Assembly: GCA_965214775.1 (NCBI GenBank)
Contig: OZ243974.1
Location: 2,016,001 to 2,080,000 of the forward strand
Source of the DNA: Nitrosopumilus sp.
Lineage (GTDB): Archaea > Thermoproteota > Nitrososphaeria > Nitrososphaerales > Nitrosopumilaceae
Length of the DNA stretch: 64,000 nucleotides
Direction: 5' to 3'
Position numbers and translations under genes: made by a program. Positions within the stretch are counted from its first letter, which is position 1, and each line of letters opens with the position of its first letter. The notes beneath the pieces are model-generated. The model saw only the letters and a program-made list of their open reading frames with translations, did no database searches and was not told where the DNA came from. Shown here in pieces: positions 54,002 to 64,000 of this stretch.

Positions 54002-55247
54002 CAGTAGTTCCGATTGTGGCCTGAAAATAAGGCAAATTGACAGATTTTTATGATCACTTGGATCTATAGGGGGAACTTTTAGCAATTTCTCCATGACAAA
54101 AAGTGCCAGGGCCGCTCAAAAGCCGTACGGACACAGGGAGCGCAAGATGTTCCAGAACGCCGTCTCGGCAGTAGGCATGAAGTTCTCTGACAGACACAAC
54201 GCAATATACGATGAAACGGATGCAGCTGCGCTTCTGGCAACGATGTCCAAGGAGCGCATGTGCGCAGAACAGGCCGCAGAGATACTCCGGGACTCTGCAG
54301 GCCGCAGCCCCGGCGCCGACTGGCTGCTTGGCAAGCTGGGCCAGGTGGACTATGAGACGATGCACAAGAGGGCCGACAAGATCCTGCGCAGGACCGTCAC
54401 AGACTCCATCAAAGGTGGCCTGATTGGAAAATCCCCGATCATAGCCATCGACAAGACCAAGATCCCGCGGTACGACCGCAATCCGGACATGACCCACAAG
54501 ATAAAGTACAGGGGGCCGGGCACCCGCACGGCTGAGGCATACATCACTGCAAGAACAGTAGGACAAAAGCACCAGACGCACCTTGCGTGCCTTCCGGTGA
54601 CCAGGGACGCGTTTAACCCCGAATTCGTGCGTAAATTGCTGCAAACCATCAAGAGAATGCACATCAGGCCGCAGATGGTCCTGATGGACAAGGAGTTTTA
54701 CTCAGTTGACGTACTCAACACGATAAATAATGCAGGATTGCGGTTCATGACTCCTGCAGTATGCACCAAGGGAGTTGAGAGGGCCATACAGGAGCACATA
54801 GACGGGCACAGGGATGCAGTCAGCAAGTATACCATATCCTCTGGCAGCAGCAAGATAAGATGCAACCTGATAATACTGGAAAGGGAGGATAAAAACAAGA
54901 AAAAGTTCCACATCGCCTTTGTCACCAACATGACCAACTGCATGCCGGAGGATTTGTTTGAGCTTCCCGAGGAGTACCGCAAGAGGTGGGGAATAGAGAC
55001 CGGATACCGGGACGTCAAGAGGGCCATGCCGCGCACCTGCAGTCGGAACGATGCCATAAGACTCATACTGTTCTACCTGTCGCTTGGAATGTCTAACATC
55101 TGGATGATCGCAAGATCATGGTGCAAAAAAAAGAAGATCAAGCTCAAGGTGCTGCTTGCCCGGATTATAAGATGGTGTATGAGACCATGGAACAAAAAGC
55201 CCCCCGATCCGGGCTAGGGCAGGCCGGGGTCACAATCGGAACTACTG
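54002..55247 (+). mobile_element. ISH3-family IS (intact transposase 54093-55217)
   Basis: TIR CAGTAGTTCCGATTGTG; 5-bp TSD AATCT; YRKRWGIETGYR. Confidence 0.94.
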
Positions 55248-55342
55248 AATCTACCGATAAGCTTATAGATCATAAGCGCAGGATGCGACAACCTTATGGA
55301 TCATAGGATCGACGTCCCCGTATCAATGAAATCAAAGACCAA

Positions 55343-55416
55343 CAAGAAGGAATCCAAGAAGGAATCCAAGAAGGAATCCAAGAAGGAATCCAAGAAGGAA
55401 TCCAAGAAGGAATCCA
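55343..55416 (+). repeat. 12-bp repeat (AAGAAGGAATCC) x6 encoding KKES
   Basis: Direct reading. Confidence 0.93.
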
Positions 55417-56669
55417 GCAAGACCAGCAAGAAAAAAAAGTCAGAGTACACGAGACCTCCGGAATACTATGCCGAGTACGAGAAAAAAAGGAGAGAGGACA
55501 GCAAGAGGTGCGGCATCGGAATCAAAAAGATCCGCAAGATCCTCCTGTCCCTCCTCCATAACACAGAGCAAGAGGATGAAATTCCCTATCTTCTGTGCGT
55601 ACTCGACATGGAGTACCGCGGAAACTCGTATCGCAGACACGTCGAATACATGGAGTCGAATCCTGGTTCAACTAACATGTACGGGCTCAAAAAGGTTCCG
55701 GCCAAGTCGACACTGCATGATGCAGCCGTAAGGATAGCTGCCTGGGACAAGTCGGTGCTAAGATCGGTACTCTCAGAACAGGCAGGCGCAGACGCCAGGG
55801 GAACGTTGCTTGGCGACTCTAGCGGTTTCTCCATAATGAGATACCACACATGGGAGGACGCAAAGAAGGGCGTCATATCCAGGCAGATGTTTGCCAAGCT
55901 GCACATACTGTTGGCCCCGCACGGCAAGATTGCCGCCTGCGAGGTGACGCCGGGCGAATTCCATGATTCCCCGGTGTTCCGTAACGAGCTGCTACCGCAG
56001 GTTCCCAACGGCACAGGACACGTGATCCTGGATGCCGCATACGACTCGTATGAGAACTGCAGGGTCATAGCCGACGGAGGCAGAACCCCAGTGATATGTC
56101 CGCGTATAGGATATACGGTTCACGGGTTCAACGCCCGCTCCAAGATGCTAAGATGGCACAAAAAGGACCCCGAGGGATTCGAGAAGACGTACCACCAGCG
56201 CAGCCTCGTTGAGTCGGCCTTCTCGTCGATAAAGGCAAGGTTTGACTCCACGGTGCGCGCCATGTCGCTTCCGATGCAGTCGCTCAGGCTTACCCTCAAG
56301 GTATTCTGCTACAATCTGGTCAGCTAGGATCCATAATGCCGGTACGGTGGAATCGTCCGGCTAGCGGATGCTATGCAGTATGACGTCAAAACACGGGCCA
56401 TAACTGCACAATGCGGGCCGGAGTGCGGATTCGTCTCTATGTTTGCAGTCATTGCGCCATGATTTTGTACAAATCTCCCCGGAAATCACGTCCTAAAATC
56501 ACGATTCCGGACAACGCCGTATAGTGCGCACAGTTGAAATCCGAACACTTTCTATCGAAATAGACACGATATATCAAAATTAGTCCGTTTTTTTATAAGT
56601 TGACTACAGCTTTGTCATGACAGGGTACCTGCGTCCCACATTCCATACGTATCGCCTCCCACAGCCAGC

Positions 56670-58083
56670 TAGTTTGTTGCATAACCCTTCCTAAAATTTG
56701 AAATCTGACCGAAAATCACCAAAATGATCAACTAATTCTGACCGAAAAAGTAATGGATCATGAGGATGCCTCGTATGGTATACATTGGCACACACGGACA
56801 ATGCAAAGTACGTAGAGAGAGGGGCAGGCCTGGTCGTCAAGTACGACCCCGGCTGGGAGAAGGATCTCAAGGTTGCCAACCGCCACAAGGAGGGCGCCCC
56901 GTTCCTGTACGCCGAAGGCATGATAATGGCCGCAGCCGCCCTCAGGACCGCATTCATGATAAAATACAGGCAGCTGTCAGGCATGTTCGAGGAGATGCTA
57001 AAGGGTGCGGACTCGCCGTGTTACACCACGATATTCAGAAGGATGCAGAAGCTTGACGTCGACATTGCAGAGAACATAATTACGGTGCGCGACAAGACCT
57101 GTAACCTGGTCATGATAGCTGACGCCACGGGCCTCAAGCAGCACAACCGGGGCGAGTGGATACGCAAGAAATGGAAGGTAAGGCGAGGATTCGTCAAGAT
57201 GCACCTGATGGTTGATGCAGACACCAAGCAGGTGCTTGCAGTATCTGTCACAAGTGATGCAGTAGGCGACAGCACGGAACTGCCGGCACTGCTTGAGGAG
57301 GCGGCCAAGAACATCAAGAAGGAAGAGGAAGAAGAGGAGCAGAACCGCACCGACAGCGCGGATGCAGTCAAGAACATCAAGAAGGAAGAGGAGCAGAACC
57401 GCACCGACAGCGCGGATGCAGTCAAGAACATCAAGAAGGAAGAGGAAGAAGAGGAGCAGAACCGCACCGACAGCGCGGATGCAGTCAAGAACATCAAGAA
57501 GGAAGAGGAGCAGAACCGCACCGACAGCGCGGATGCAGTCAAGATCCCCAACATGCTTGCAGACGGGACATCGCCGCTGGCTGTACTCGGCACCGGCGCG
57601 AATCCAGATATACCGGGAAAGATCCTGCCTGCAGACGGCGCATACGGCTCAAGGAAAAACGTAGCCGAGTGCCACAAACGCGGCATAAAACCGCTCATAC
57701 GGCTTTTGACAAGTTGCAATGCAAAGGGCAAGGGCACCGGCGACAAGTGGGGCCGGCTGGTGCGATGGCAGCTCGGGGGCGGCCCCGAGGTGCCGGTGGG
57801 TGATCTCTCAAAGGAGGAAAGACAGGAGAACCTGCGGTACTGGAAGAGCACGGTCGGCTTTGGCAGCAGATGGATCGTCGAGATCGTGATATCGGCCATA
57901 AAGCGTATGTTCGGCGAGGGCGTAATGGCCCTCAAGTGGTCCAATATAGTGCAGGAAGTAAATCTGAGGATATGGCTGTACAACAAGTGGATCGCAGAGG
58001 CGGTGGCTGCCGTGTAGGGACCGGGCGCCGGTCATGATCCAGGCGGACTAACTTGGCTCTAGTCGGAGTTATGCAACAAACTA
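56670..58083 (+). mobile_element. IS5-family (IS903-like) element, transposase 56785-58017
   Basis: TIR TAGTTTGTTGCATAAC; 8-bp TSD CAGCCAGC; four internal 63/54-bp repeats. Confidence 0.93.
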
Positions 58084-58162
58084 CAGCCAGCTCGTGGTTT
58101 ATATAGTGAAATGATTTTCGGATGCTAGAGGTTCAAGCTAGTGTGCGGTACGGCAAGCAGAA

Positions 58163-58874
58163 ATGAGCGATTACAAAAAAAAAAACAATCCTTGGTAAAC
58201 TAAAGTACCATTGCAAAAAGTGCGTCCTTACCACCATCCCGGGGTCACGTTCGGTTCATTTGTTCTTGCATACGAAACTACTACGTGGGTATCTTCCTTC
58301 TAACGCAACAGTCGCACAGGTAAAGTCGACAATACCGGATTTATTCGAAGGCAAATATTCCAGCGTCCTGTACATAGGTGCGAGTTACCTGAGACAACAC
58401 TTTCTGGACGACTTTGTACGCATGTATGATCGTGTCGTAGTGCTTGAGATCGATAAGAAAAACGCAGAATATGTCAGGCAGAAATTCGACCTGCCGGGAG
58501 TTACCGTGGTATGCGGTGACGTACGCAATACAGCGGACTTGATGGACGGAGAGGGAATGGGGGGGCGGCGGCGGTTCGATGCATGCTTCTTTTACCACGG
58601 TTTGGAACACCTGCCCAAGGAGGATGTCGCTGATGTGCTAAACACGCTTGAATCCATAACAGATCATATAATCGTGCTTGGAATGCCATACGGCCATTAT
58701 GAGCAGGATTCTGAATACGGGAACGTATACGAAAGACACCTTTGGGACATCTATCCGGACGACATGCACCGGCTGGGATATCGAACCTACACGATAGGGG
58801 ACGTAGACGACACCTCATCAAACATGATTGCTTGGAAGCACACCGGTAAGAAGACCTCTGGACTCAAAAAGTAG
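58163..58874 (+). CDS. Class I SAM-dependent methyltransferase-like protein, 5' end frameshifted at A11 tract
   Basis: VLYIGA, VLEID, GDV, LEHL; ATG 58163 in frame only if tract is A10. Confidence 0.75.
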
Positions 58875-58934
58875 CCTGATGACGGTGTGGATCCCGTGCT
58901 TTCCTTTGTATAAGACATTCCATATAACACACTC

Positions 58935-59126
58935 CCCCTTTTTGATCAAAGTGTGTGCGCCCAACTGAACGGAAAACTCCCATTCGCCCTCGATTATGTG
59001 GCATTTCGTCGTCCGCCTGCTCTGAGCCAGTCTCATACACGCCCTCATATGTGGCAAGGTTACTTCGGCTCCTGGGCCCAACACGGATAATATGGCGTCC
59101 GCTACGGATAAGATTTGATATAACGT
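58935..59126 (-). mobile_element. IS110 left end C with bridge-RNA-like NCR and no transposase
   Basis: Homologous to 14286-14475 and 61970-62152; flank GTATGAG repeated inside the stem-enclosed loop. Confidence 0.78.
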
Positions 59127-59140
59127 CTCATACGTTTTTT

Positions 59141-60226
59141 ATGTGTGATAGCCACCAAAATGTCACGTTGAGACTGTTGTGCGTCTGCCAGGAATCAAAA
59201 TTACTTCCTGAACGGGAGATCATCGAAAACCTAGGGGAATACTCGATAGCGTGGAAGATCGTCGGCACGAGTCAGTTCCTTGAAAAGGGCGTCAGAAGAC
59301 TGCCCATACTAAACAGAACAAAAAAGAAAAAATTCGAAAGGCTGCTAGATGAGTTCAACCCCGATTTTGTCATGCTGGACAGTCCAAGCGAGCTGGGGCC
59401 TATTGCAGCCGGCAAAAAAATACCGGTGCTGGTGTATTTCTGGGACAACTGGTCGTACCGGGAAATGGAAAGGGACAAGATGGTTTATCGCAGCATGTAT
59501 CATGCCGTACGGGCCCGCGTGATGAATCCCTGCCTGAAAAGGGCCTCCGTCATACTTGCCGAGACTGACTCCGTAGCCGATACCATAAGGGAGCACCATC
59601 CCCGAAGCAGCGTGACGACGTTCCCCTATTCCAGCATAGATACGGACTATTGGAGCGGCGACGGGCGCAATGGCAGGGGCATGGCGCTGAGACATCCGTG
59701 CGTGGGCCTGTTGCAGCATGCCAACGAGTGGTTCAAGGCAAAGGAGATGCTCATCCTGCCCCGGGTCGTCGAGGCGCTCCCACACGTAACATTCTACTGG
59801 GCCGGCGACGGGCGGTACCGCGACAGGATACTGGGGCCGCTGGCCGGATACGACAACTTTGAGTGGCTGGGGGCACTCGAATACCCCGACAGGGTCAGGG
59901 ACTATCTCTCCTCGATCGACATATACGGCCTTGCCAGCGCCATCGAAATGTCGCCGTACTCGCTAAAACAGGCCATGTCCATGGGCGTGCCGGCGATCGT
60001 CACAGATAGTGACTACATATCAGCAACGATGCTGGACGGTAAGACGGGGTTTCTGGTCAGACGGGGGGATCATGAGGGATGGATAGAAAGGATCTTGCTG
60101 CTGCTAGGTGACGTAGAGAGGGCGCAGGAGGTGGGGAGGCAGGGGCGCAGGTTTGTACGGGACAGCTGGGACAGCAGGCTGGCAGCAGAAAAGCTTGTCG
60201 CCATCCTCAAAAGCGTCAGGTCGTAA
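59141..60226 (+). CDS. Glycosyltransferase family 4
   Basis: WAGDG, EMSPYSLKQAMSMGVP, GKTGFLV; last codons replaced by IS66 end; start uncertain. Confidence 0.87.
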   Translation: MCDSHQNVTLRLLCVCQESKLLPEREIIENLGEYSIAWKIVGTSQFLEKGVRRLPILNRTKKKKFERLLDEFNPDFVMLDSPSELGPIAAGKKIPVLVYFWDNWSYREMERDKMVYRSMYHAVRARVMNPCLKRASVILAETDSVADTIREHHPRSSVTTFPYSSIDTDYWSGDGRNGRGMALRHPCVGLLQHANEWFKAKEMLILPRVVEALPHVTFYWAGDGRYRDRILGPLAGYDNFEWLGALEYPDRVRDYLSSIDIYGLASAIEMSPYSLKQAMSMGVPAIVTDSDYISATMLDGKTGFLVRRGDHEGWIERILLLLGDVERAQEVGRQGRRFVRDSWDSRLAAEKLVAILKSVRS

Positions 60227-61774
60227 GAGTTTACCCCTCAGGCGACGTTTCCAGTCAGGGTCTTGGCGACCATCTCACTCACGTTACACCCCTGGGCGCG
60301 CCAGTTCATCGTACACGTCATCAGTACGGTGAACATCTCCATGCCCTCCATGGTACGGAGTCCCTGGAATATCTTGCGCGCAATTACGGACGGCCTCAGC
60401 ATGCGCTCGGCCAGGTTGTTGGTGGGCTCCATGCCCGGATACAGCACGAACGTGTACAGGTATTCTGAGGCATTCTCAAGCTTTGTGGCAAATTTTTTGC
60501 AACCTGCCTCCCTGAATGCTACGGCCAGCGCGCGTGTCTCGACTACCAGCATGTCGTGTTGTTGCTGCCTGACACCGTTCTTCTTCTACTCCGGTGGTGG
60601 TGGCCCCAGCCCCTTGGCAAAAAGAAATTTTTTCTTGAGGGCATCATACAGCGCGTGGGCCTGCCGGGAAGTCTTGCCGGCGTCCTTGGCCTCCCGGAGT
60701 ATGTGTGCCCAGCACCACTGCCTGATCTTGAATACGACATATACGCCGTACCCATCAACTGTAACTGGTTTATCATAATACGGAAAGTTCGTATCCACTA
60801 CGACCCTGGCCCTGCTGGGTGCGGCCAGCGTGTGGACGCCGGTCGTAGAGCCGTCCTTGTTCTTGCCCACTATCACCCATATGCGGGCCGTCCTGCCGTT
60901 GTATGGCATGGCAGTCTCGTCAATGTGCAGATAATCAGAATCCCGGATGGCCTGCTTGATGCCCTCTACGCTGGGCTTTATTGCCTTGGTGCAGGCCCTC
61001 AGGCACTGCAACACGCCTGCCTCTGAGACATCCATGTCCAGGATCTCAGAGCACATTGTGGCCGTTGCCTGTATGGAGGCAGGTGCCATGTGCATTGAGG
61101 TTATCATTCCCGTAATGTTTGGTCCAAACTCGGTTCCCTGCACGTTCCAGTCCCTGTCATCCTCGATTGACACGTGGCCGCAGTCGGCGCATTCGCGTTT
61201 GTATGCGGTGTACTGCTCTGTCGTGACCGGTTTGGGCTTCTTGGGGATCTCAGTCACGGTCTTTGAGAACATCCTTTCGGGCTTTTTCATGTTGGTGCTG
61301 TTGCACTTGTCGCACTTTTTGGGGCAGTGCTTTACAAACTCAGTTGGTTTTCTCTTGTGTGATACTCCCTTGTGTCCCGATTTGCGGCCCGGCTTTGCCT
61401 TTGCAGATGCCGGTACGTTGCCTGATGCCTTTGCAGCAGCAGTCTTTTTCTGTCTGGTAGGAATCGAGTTCTGCGAGGATGGGGTGTGCGGGTTCTCGTA
61501 ATATTTGATGTGCTATTTGAGCTGCTGGATTTCTGCCGTCAGCAGCACGACCTGTGTTGCAAGCTCGGCCTTCTCTGTGGCATCCTTGACTACTACCTGC
61601 TGCAGATCGGCGATGGTTTTGTCCTTCTTTCGGCACTCGGCTATGAGACGTGCAATCTCGTCGCGCAGTATCTTGACCTCCGAGCCTGATGACATGCATT
61701 TTCCTAGGTACTGCTATCTTATAGATCGGGTGGTCAGGAAGAATTCACCAAATAGGTAAGGGGTAAACTCTTAC
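60223..61774 (-). mobile_element. IS66 family-1 element, transposase pseudogene
   Basis: Near-identical inverted copy of 51673-53224 with premature stops (61513, 60586). Confidence 0.93.
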
Positions 61775-62152
61775 GTTCCACGTTGCCTCGCAGACTGTCT
61801 GGATCTTGCGTAGTGCATGTTCCCCTTTGATCTGCCCGGCAGACTTTCTTGCTGCATCGGCCGTGTTGGAAAACTCTATCTGTCCCAGAATCTTTGCGGA
61901 ATGGTTCTTGATGGCTGCTGTACGCGTCTTTTTATGAACGCCTATTCCCATGCTGATCATTGTATCGCCTCCTTTTTGATCAAAGTGTGTGTGCCCAACT
62001 GAACAGAAAACTTCCACCCACCCCTAGCATTTCGTTGTCCCCTCCCACTCTCAACCAGTCTCTTACATGCCCTCATATATGGCAGAAGTACTTGTTCCTG
62101 GGCCCAGCATGGATAATATGGCGTCCGCTATGGATAAGATTTGATATAACGT
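61775..62152 (-). mobile_element. Truncated IS110 element D (left end, NCR, ~62 codons)
   Basis: MISMGIGVHKK...VCEAT cut by IS66; flank GTACGAG; NCR guide GTAAGAG. Confidence 0.82.
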
Positions 62153-62223
62153 CTCGTACAGCAAGTGATCGAAAAAGCTAAAAAGAGGCAAATCCACCTA
62201 GACTTGATGAAAGATTTTAGCTG

Positions 62224-62724
62224 TTGCTGGAAATTTTTCACTATTGGAGGCTTACAATAAAATTGAAAGCATCCAAAGTGATTAAGACAAAGAGCATATA
62301 CAAACCAAAGGAGTATGGTGATGGTCTAAGAGTCCTAATAACGAGGTACTACCCCAGAGGCGTCAAAAAAACCCATTTTGATAGATGGATGAGGGATCTT
62401 GCGCCTAGCCAAGAACTGTTACGCAGATACAAAAACGAACAAATCCATTGGGAGGATTTTATACCATCATTCAAACTTGAATTGCAAGAAAATCAAAACA
62501 GTATCAATTTAATAAAATCATTGAAGGCCAAATCAAACTATTCCCACGTAACCTTGCTGTGCTATGAACCGGAAGGCACACCATGTCACAGGCACCTGCT
62601 AAAAGAGATCATTAGGAATCCGAACCTTCTAAATGTTGATTTTGTGCCGGAATATGCTGATTATCATAAAGGAGGAGCGATGAAGAAACATGTTGCCCAC
62701 AAGGAAGCTTGTATCGTATCCTGA
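62224..62724 (+). CDS. DUF488/YeaO family protein
   Basis: DGLRVLITRYYPRG, LAPS.EL, VTLLCYE...CHR; true start probably ~62278. Confidence 0.85.
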   Translation: MLEIFHYWRLTIKLKASKVIKTKSIYKPKEYGDGLRVLITRYYPRGVKKTHFDRWMRDLAPSQELLRRYKNEQIHWEDFIPSFKLELQENQNSINLIKSLKAKSNYSHVTLLCYEPEGTPCHRHLLKEIIRNPNLLNVDFVPEYADYHKGGAMKKHVAHKEACIVS

Positions 62725-63372
62725 TTCGCCAATGTGGAGGTTTTTCCACACTTGCTCAATTTTGTCGGGATTTTTTCTAATCCATTCGTAAACTCCCCAC
62801 TCCAAAATCTGCTGATCATGAGGATTTTTTGATTTGCAGCCAGAGCATCGATAGGTCATTCTTGGTTGTACATCATAGTTGTGAATCGTTAGAAATGGCT
62901 CCTGAGAAAAGAGTGTAGTTTGTACATTGCGTTCGTGTTTTTTTCTTTTTTCAAAACGCTGTTGGAATTCACGAGGCTTTATGAATCCCAGACTTGATCT
63001 CTCATCGTTTAGATCTTGTATACACTCAACGCCATATTTTTTGTGCATGTCATTTAACAATGCTATCCATTTTGATCTTGATAATGTTTCATGATCAGTT
63101 ATTTTGAATCGTAGTTTACCCCATTCTGATTTTGACCCCTGCATTTTCCAACTTTCATTTCTAGTATCCTGTGGATTTCTCTCCAATGGGACTTCCACCA
63201 CGTGCCATCTTTTCATAGGGGTGTCCGGTGGTACTGGGTAAACCCTTATCAAGCCATATTTTGGCGAATAGCCCGCAGTACAAACAGTTTTCCTGTTATC
63301 ACTTATTTCGTCAGGTGCTGCACTGCCTAACACAATGAGATCATCGATTTTTATTTTCTCTACATCAGACAT
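62629..63372 (-). CDS. Uncharacterised protein (TVCTAG...IRVYP motif; DUF488-neighbour type)
   Basis: 247-aa ORF convergent on and overlapping the DUF488 gene; CxxC..H. Confidence 0.8.
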   Translation of the reverse strand: MSDVEKIKIDDLIVLGSAAPDEISDNRKTVCTAGYSPKYGLIRVYPVPPDTPMKRWHVVEVPLERNPQDTRNESWKMQGSKSEWGKLRFKITDHETLSRSKWIALLNDMHKKYGVECIQDLNDERSSLGFIKPREFQQRFEKRKKHERNVQTTLFSQEPFLTIHNYDVQPRMTYRCSGCKSKNPHDQQILEWGVYEWIRKNPDKIEQVWKNLHIGESGYDTSFLVGNMFLHRSSFMIISIFRHKINI

Positions 63373-63457
63373 GCTGTCTACTCACCAATTCCTTGTCTTT
63401 CGTAGCAACGCCTGCCGTAATAGGTTTTGTTGTTGATCCATAAAGTTGATTCAAAAT

Positions 63458-63548
63458 GTACGAGTTTACCCCTTAGGCGACACTACTGACTGGAGTCTTC
63501 ATGATCACGCCTGCCACGCCGTATGTCAGGTGAGGGGTAAACTCGTAC
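63458..63548. mobile_element. 91-bp IS66 family-1 MITE (GTACGAG variant)
   Basis: GTACGAGTTTACCCCT / AGGGGTAAACTCGTAC. Confidence 0.92.
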
Positions 63549-63559
63549 GTCAGGTCAAA

Positions 63560-63626
63560 ATGAGCGAATCCGAAGGGAACCAGATCAGGGTGGCCTTTGT
63601 CTACAAGCCGTCGTGGAGGTACTATG
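63560..63626 (+). pseudogene. 5' end of next surface-glycan gene (MSESEGNQIRVAFVYKP), cut by IS5
   Basis: ATGA overlap with the reconstructed glycosyltransferase stop. Confidence 0.55.
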
Positions 63627-64000
63627 GGGGTTGTCGCCTAATTCACCTCAGGCTGCCTCCACCGGCACGCCAATCCTTGCGGCACACTCCATCCTGTTTA
63701 GCACCTCAAGGTTCCATCCTATGGCCTTGCACAGACCGAACCTCCTGCGGGTGGCCGCCTTTCTGAACCGGCACGTCAGCCTGTTGCCTTCTGTCTCCTC
63801 TGCGCCGAAGATGCCCTCGATCAGCGCGCGCTTCTTGTAGGCCTCGGCGTCAAACATCTCGACTGCCTTTTTCCTGTACTTTGTTTTGGCGTTGACCGCG
63901 TTTGACCTCTGCTTGATGTTGGGCTTCATTCCGTATTCCATGACGAGCCTTACGTTCTTCTCCGAGTCATACCCCTTGTCTGCATTAAAGATGCTGCCGG
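63627..64000 (-). mobile_element. IS5-family element, 3' part (runs off window)
   Basis: ADKGYDSE, YKKRALIEGIFG; end GGGGTTGTCGCCTAATTC. Confidence 0.85.

Larger units (their letters stand above)
53973..56518 (+). mobile_element. IS5-family element (transposase 55296-56327) with nested ISH3
   Basis: TIR GGCGTTGTCCGGAAT; 9-bp TSD GTATAGTGC; GDSSG, KLH, DAAYDS, YHQRSLVESAFS. Confidence 0.9.
60223..63548. mobile_element. Composite IS66/MITE transposon with cargo
   Basis: 8-bp TSD GTCAGGTC at 60215-60222 and 63549-63556. Confidence 0.85.

Overview
Chromosomal window of an ammonia-oxidising-archaeon-like genome (Nitrososphaerota/Nitrosopumilaceae, inferred from the rpo3-rpl18e-rpl13-rps9 cluster, the SBDS-rrp4-rrp41-rrp42-rpl37ae-pcc1-pfdB exosome operon, short XPF, Nob1 and endA). 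About 27 of 64 kb (~40%, summed from my own boundaries) is insertion sequences and MITEs (IS110, ISH3, IS66/ISBst12-like, IS630, IS481, several IS5-like groups), often nested three deep; this suggests a host-associated lineage but that is inference. The main result is a set of archaeal IS110 elements whose upstream non-coding regions fold into bridge-RNA-like target- and donor-binding loops. Their guides match the terminal inverted repeats (TIRs) of other resident transposons: ISH3 TIR CAGTCTTCCCAGAAGT, a second ISH3 TIR CAGTAGTTCCGAT, and the IS66 TIR GTAxGAGTTTAC. All five copies with a readable end abut or sit inside the predicted TIR sequence. Other highlights: an IS630 subfamily that appears to duplicate CG instead of TA, an IS66/MITE composite transposon carrying a DUF488 gene pair, a ~1,740-aa secreted HExxH/HYR/LamG protein split by an IS, in-frame tandem repeats in transposases, and a poly-A frameshift in a surface-glycan methyltransferase. 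All family calls come from motif recognition by eye; no searches were run.
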